A DNA stretch of 64,000 nt. Source: Chloroflexia bacterium. GTDB lineage: Bacteria; Chloroflexota; Chloroflexia; QHBQ01. The DNA is taken from NCBI GenBank assembly GCA_038229595.1, contig JBBROH010000001.1:50633-114632 (forward strand). Direction: 5' to 3'. The translations under genes were made by a program, and so were the position numbers. The notes under the pieces are model-generated. The model ran no database searches. It saw only the letters and a list, made by a program, of their open reading frames with translations, and was not told the DNA's origin. Positions 62,040 through 64,000 of this stretch are shown here, piece by piece (within the stretch, counting starts at the first letter, position 1; the number at the start of each line of letters is the position of its first letter).

Positions 62040-62978
62040 TTAGCTGTGGTCGCCAAGCTCATTGCGAACGTCGCCCTCGGCGCGCTTCATCTTGCCCTCA
62101 ACCACATCGCTGGTGCCGCTGGCTTGCAGGTTGTCGTTGTTGAACACGTCACCAACGCCGCGCTTGACGTTGCCGAAGGTCTCCTGTGCTGCGCCGCCAA
62201 CCTGGTCGTGGTCGGGGAGGACCTTGCCAGTGTCGTGGGCTACGTTGCCAACCGCGTTGCCAGTGGCAGAAGCGGCGTTGCCGAGGGCGTTGCCGGTGTT
62301 GCTCGCCGCAGTGCCAATGGCATTGCCAGTGTTATCAAGTGCGCTGCCAGCAGCATAGCCAGCACTGCCCATTGCGCTGCCAGCGGTATAGCCAGCGTTG
62401 TCCATCGTGCTGCTAGTGCTGTCAGCATAGGTGCTGCTCATGCTACCAGTCCCCATGCTGCTGCCGCTGTCACCCTGGAAGCTGACGGCCCCAGCAGTGC
62501 TGAGGATTTGGCGGGTCTGGCTCTCGTTCTTGTTGCTGTTGACGGTGAGCAGGATACCACCCTGACCAACCTCGGTCTGGTAGAAGCGGGCCTCATCCTC
62601 TGGTACGCCAGAGTCGGTCAGGCTGCCGAGCAAACCACCAGCGATAGCCCCGGTTGCGGCACCGATACCGGCCCCAGCAGCAGTCCAGGCCAGTGCGCTA
62701 CCCGCAAGGGCGATGGGGCCGAGGATCGGCAGGGTGAGGATAGTACCAGTGGCGATCAAGGCAGCCAGTGCGCCACCAACGACCGTGCCTTCGACGGCAC
62801 CCGCCCCAGCGACAGTACCAGCGTCGGTCACATCGTTGTCAGCGGCCATTGCCTTGCTGGTGTCGCGGTTCTGGGCAACTACGCCGATCTCACTCGCCTC
62901 ATAACCAGCAGTCTTGAGGGCGTTGATTGCCTGCTCGGCATCGCTCTCATTGCGGAACAAACCTGCTACGGTAGCCAT
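62040..62978 (-). CDS. YflT-like general stress protein with a C-terminal CsbD-like domain
   Basis: Paralog of the gene at 60892-61914. Tail has GNAxGNAAS repeats and ends in a CsbD-like sequence: GNVKRGVGDVF..D.L...G....EGK.K.A.GDVR. Confidence 0.7.
   Translation of the reverse strand: MATVAGLFRNESDAEQAINALKTAGYEASEIGVVAQNRDTSKAMAADNDVTDAGTVAGAGAVEGTVVGGALAALIATGTILTLPILGPIALAGSALAWTAAGAGIGAATGAIAGGLLGSLTDSGVPEDEARFYQTEVGQGGILLTVNSNKNESQTRQILSTAGAVSFQGDSGSSMGTGSMSSTYADSTSSTMDNAGYTAGSAMGSAGYAAGSALDNTGNAIGTAASNTGNALGNAASATGNAVGNVAHDTGKVLPDHDQVGGAAQETFGNVKRGVGDVFNNDNLQASGTSDVVEGKMKRAEGDVRNELGDHS
62645..62862. repeat. near-identical segment shared by the two stress-protein genes (partner at about 61583-61800)
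   Basis: Offset of 1062 nt. Long runs are identical, for example GTCCAGGCCAGTGCGCTACCCGCAAGGGCGAT and CACATCGTTGTCAGCGGCCATTGCCTTGCTGGTGT. Confidence 0.85.
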
Positions 62979-63279
62979 GTTCTTCGTTCTCCTTTAGGGT
63001 TGTGTTGGCTAAGATCAGCCGCTTGGGATTCTTGTAAGTCGTGGGTGGCTGTTGTTGCGGCCACTATACTTCCTGCTCGCTCCTCTATAACGCGCCCAGC
63101 GCAACCCTGTTATGGGCGGCCCCATCGTCGTTCACCACTCTATGAGCAACCTGCGTGCCACTAGCTGCCCCAAAGTAGCAATTCGCCCTTAAAGTTGGTG
63201 ATCGACGGCTTGGCTGCTGCTGTGCGGCAGTGGTCAACTCCGATTCCGCAAATTGGCGGCTGGTTCTGGACAAAACCGC

Positions 63280-63309
63280 TTGACAACAGCCATCGTCCTG
63301 TGTTACAAT
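63280..63309 (+). promoter_or_regulatory. candidate sigma70-type promoter of a small transcript
   Basis: TTGACA (63280-85), 18 nt spacer, TACAAT (63304-09). Confidence 0.55.
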
Positions 63310-63387
63310 TCTTCCTACGAGGACAGCCTCTGCCGCCACTAGCAGTACGACGGCATCGGTAACGATAGGGAAAGGAGGCACACGCCA

Positions 63388-63444
63388 ATGTACCCTTTGA
63401 TCAATCCTCACCTCTTGCACATGAGGTTTCAGATTGACAGTTAG
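63388..63444 (+). CDS. candidate 18-aa small ORF
   Basis: AAGGAGG lies 8 nt upstream. Product MYPLINPHLLHMRFQIDS. Flanked by its own promoter and terminator. Confidence 0.3.
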   Translation: MYPLINPHLLHMRFQIDS

Positions 63445-63488
63445 GCCCTGAGTAGGGGCGTACCTGAGGACATCTGAAGAAAAGAGAC

Positions 63489-63527
63489 AACCCCATCGGC
63501 CAGATCGGTCAGTGGGGTTTCTTTTTG
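63489..63527 (+). terminator. intrinsic terminator
   Basis: AACCCCA / TGGGGTT stem followed by TCTTTTTGT. Confidence 0.6.
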
Positions 63528-63742
63528 TCCCCACCGCTAACCCCCGCTCCCCCTCCAGTGCGTGCAGCAGATCACAATCTTGCAGCACGAGTCTAGCATT
63601 TGGTATCATCCATTTAACCACTTAGAGCGATAGTGCCTGAGATGGTCATAGAGCGAAAAGATGCGGTTGTGCGTTCTGCGCCACCTGTCGTCCTGCTCCC
63701 TTGACCAGCCGCACACGCTAGTCTATGCGGGGAGGGCTGCGG

Positions 63743-64000
63743 ATGAGCGAGGATAGGGTAACAGGCTGGCTGGCTGACGACAGCCGCAATTGGCGGATTG
63801 GTTTCGTGGGGGCGGGGCGGGTTGGTAGCGCACTGGCGATCCTGCTGCGAAAGGCAGGCTATCGGGTCAGCGCGATCAGCAGCGAGTACCGTCGCAGTGC
63901 CGAGGCTCTAGCCCAGGTGTTGGGCGACAGCGGGCTGGTAGTCGTCGATGCGGTGGCGGTAGCCAAGCGCAGCGACCTGATTTTCATCACCACGCCAGAC
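63743..64000 (+). CDS. Rossmann-fold protein (ProC/DUF2520-like), N-terminal fragment; continues past the window
   Basis: WRIGFVGAGRVGSALAILLRKAGY dinucleotide-binding motif. GGGGAGGG RBS. Open to the window end. Confidence 0.6.
   Translation, partial: MSEDRVTGWLADDSRNWRIGFVGAGRVGSALAILLRKAGYRVSAISSEYRRSAEALAQVLGDSGLVVVDAVAVAKRSDLIFITTPD

Noticed and set aside
62046-63164. 372-aa plus-strand ORF
   Set aside because: It is antisense to the YflT/CsbD-like gene. The A/G/V-rich translation is an artefact of the G/A-rich gene on the opposite strand.
63085-63621. 178-aa minus-strand ORF
   Set aside because: It has no motif and odd composition. It spans a plus-strand promoter, RBS, mini-ORF and terminator unit that explains the region better.

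Overview
GC-rich bacterial chromosomal window. Gene content and signal style (SLH-anchored surface protein, several Ser/Thr kinases, a T-box leader, near-consensus TATAAT promoters, apparent leaderless starts) suggest a Chloroflexota-like organism, but this is inference only. I support about 50 protein genes and 2 tRNAs. There is no rRNA, no CRISPR array and no obvious mobile element. Recognisable genes: argS (3' end), fasciclin protein, MMPL transporter, GT9 glycosyltransferase, tyrA, a DUF1501/DUF1800 pair, two MCP paralogs, a glycosylation cluster (clan GH-A-like hydrolase, two GT4, Gfo/Idh/MocA, LLM oxidoreductase), leuS, an Rmt/ArmA-type 16S rRNA methyltransferase, an SLH beta-propeller surface protein, an MrfA/DUF1998 helicase, a T4 Rnl1-type RNA ligase, a CruA-like flavoprotein, a metallophosphoesterase, a kinase-like/RNase PH fusion, rarA, two Ser/Thr kinases (one fused to PstS), a secreted metalloprotease pair, a fused MFS/spermidine synthase, an RsmC-like methyltransferase, a cyclase-STAND-TPR protein and two YflT-like stress proteins. 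The most interesting locus is 19.9-25.9 kb. A Leu-specific T-box leader (CUC specifier, terminator/antiterminator) is not followed directly by leuS. Instead a tightly packed tandem array of seven paralogous small CxxC...CxxCG[YF] zinc-ribbon genes comes first. One paralog is a fragment, one carries an in-frame TAG, and one has lost its stop and reads into leuS. leuS and the rRNA methyltransferase follow. A second locus worth attention is a co-directional cluster at 35.6-41.4 kb: RNA ligase, CruA-like flavoprotein, phosphoesterase and a pseudokinase-RNase PH fusion. All family calls come from motif recognition by eye; no searches were run.
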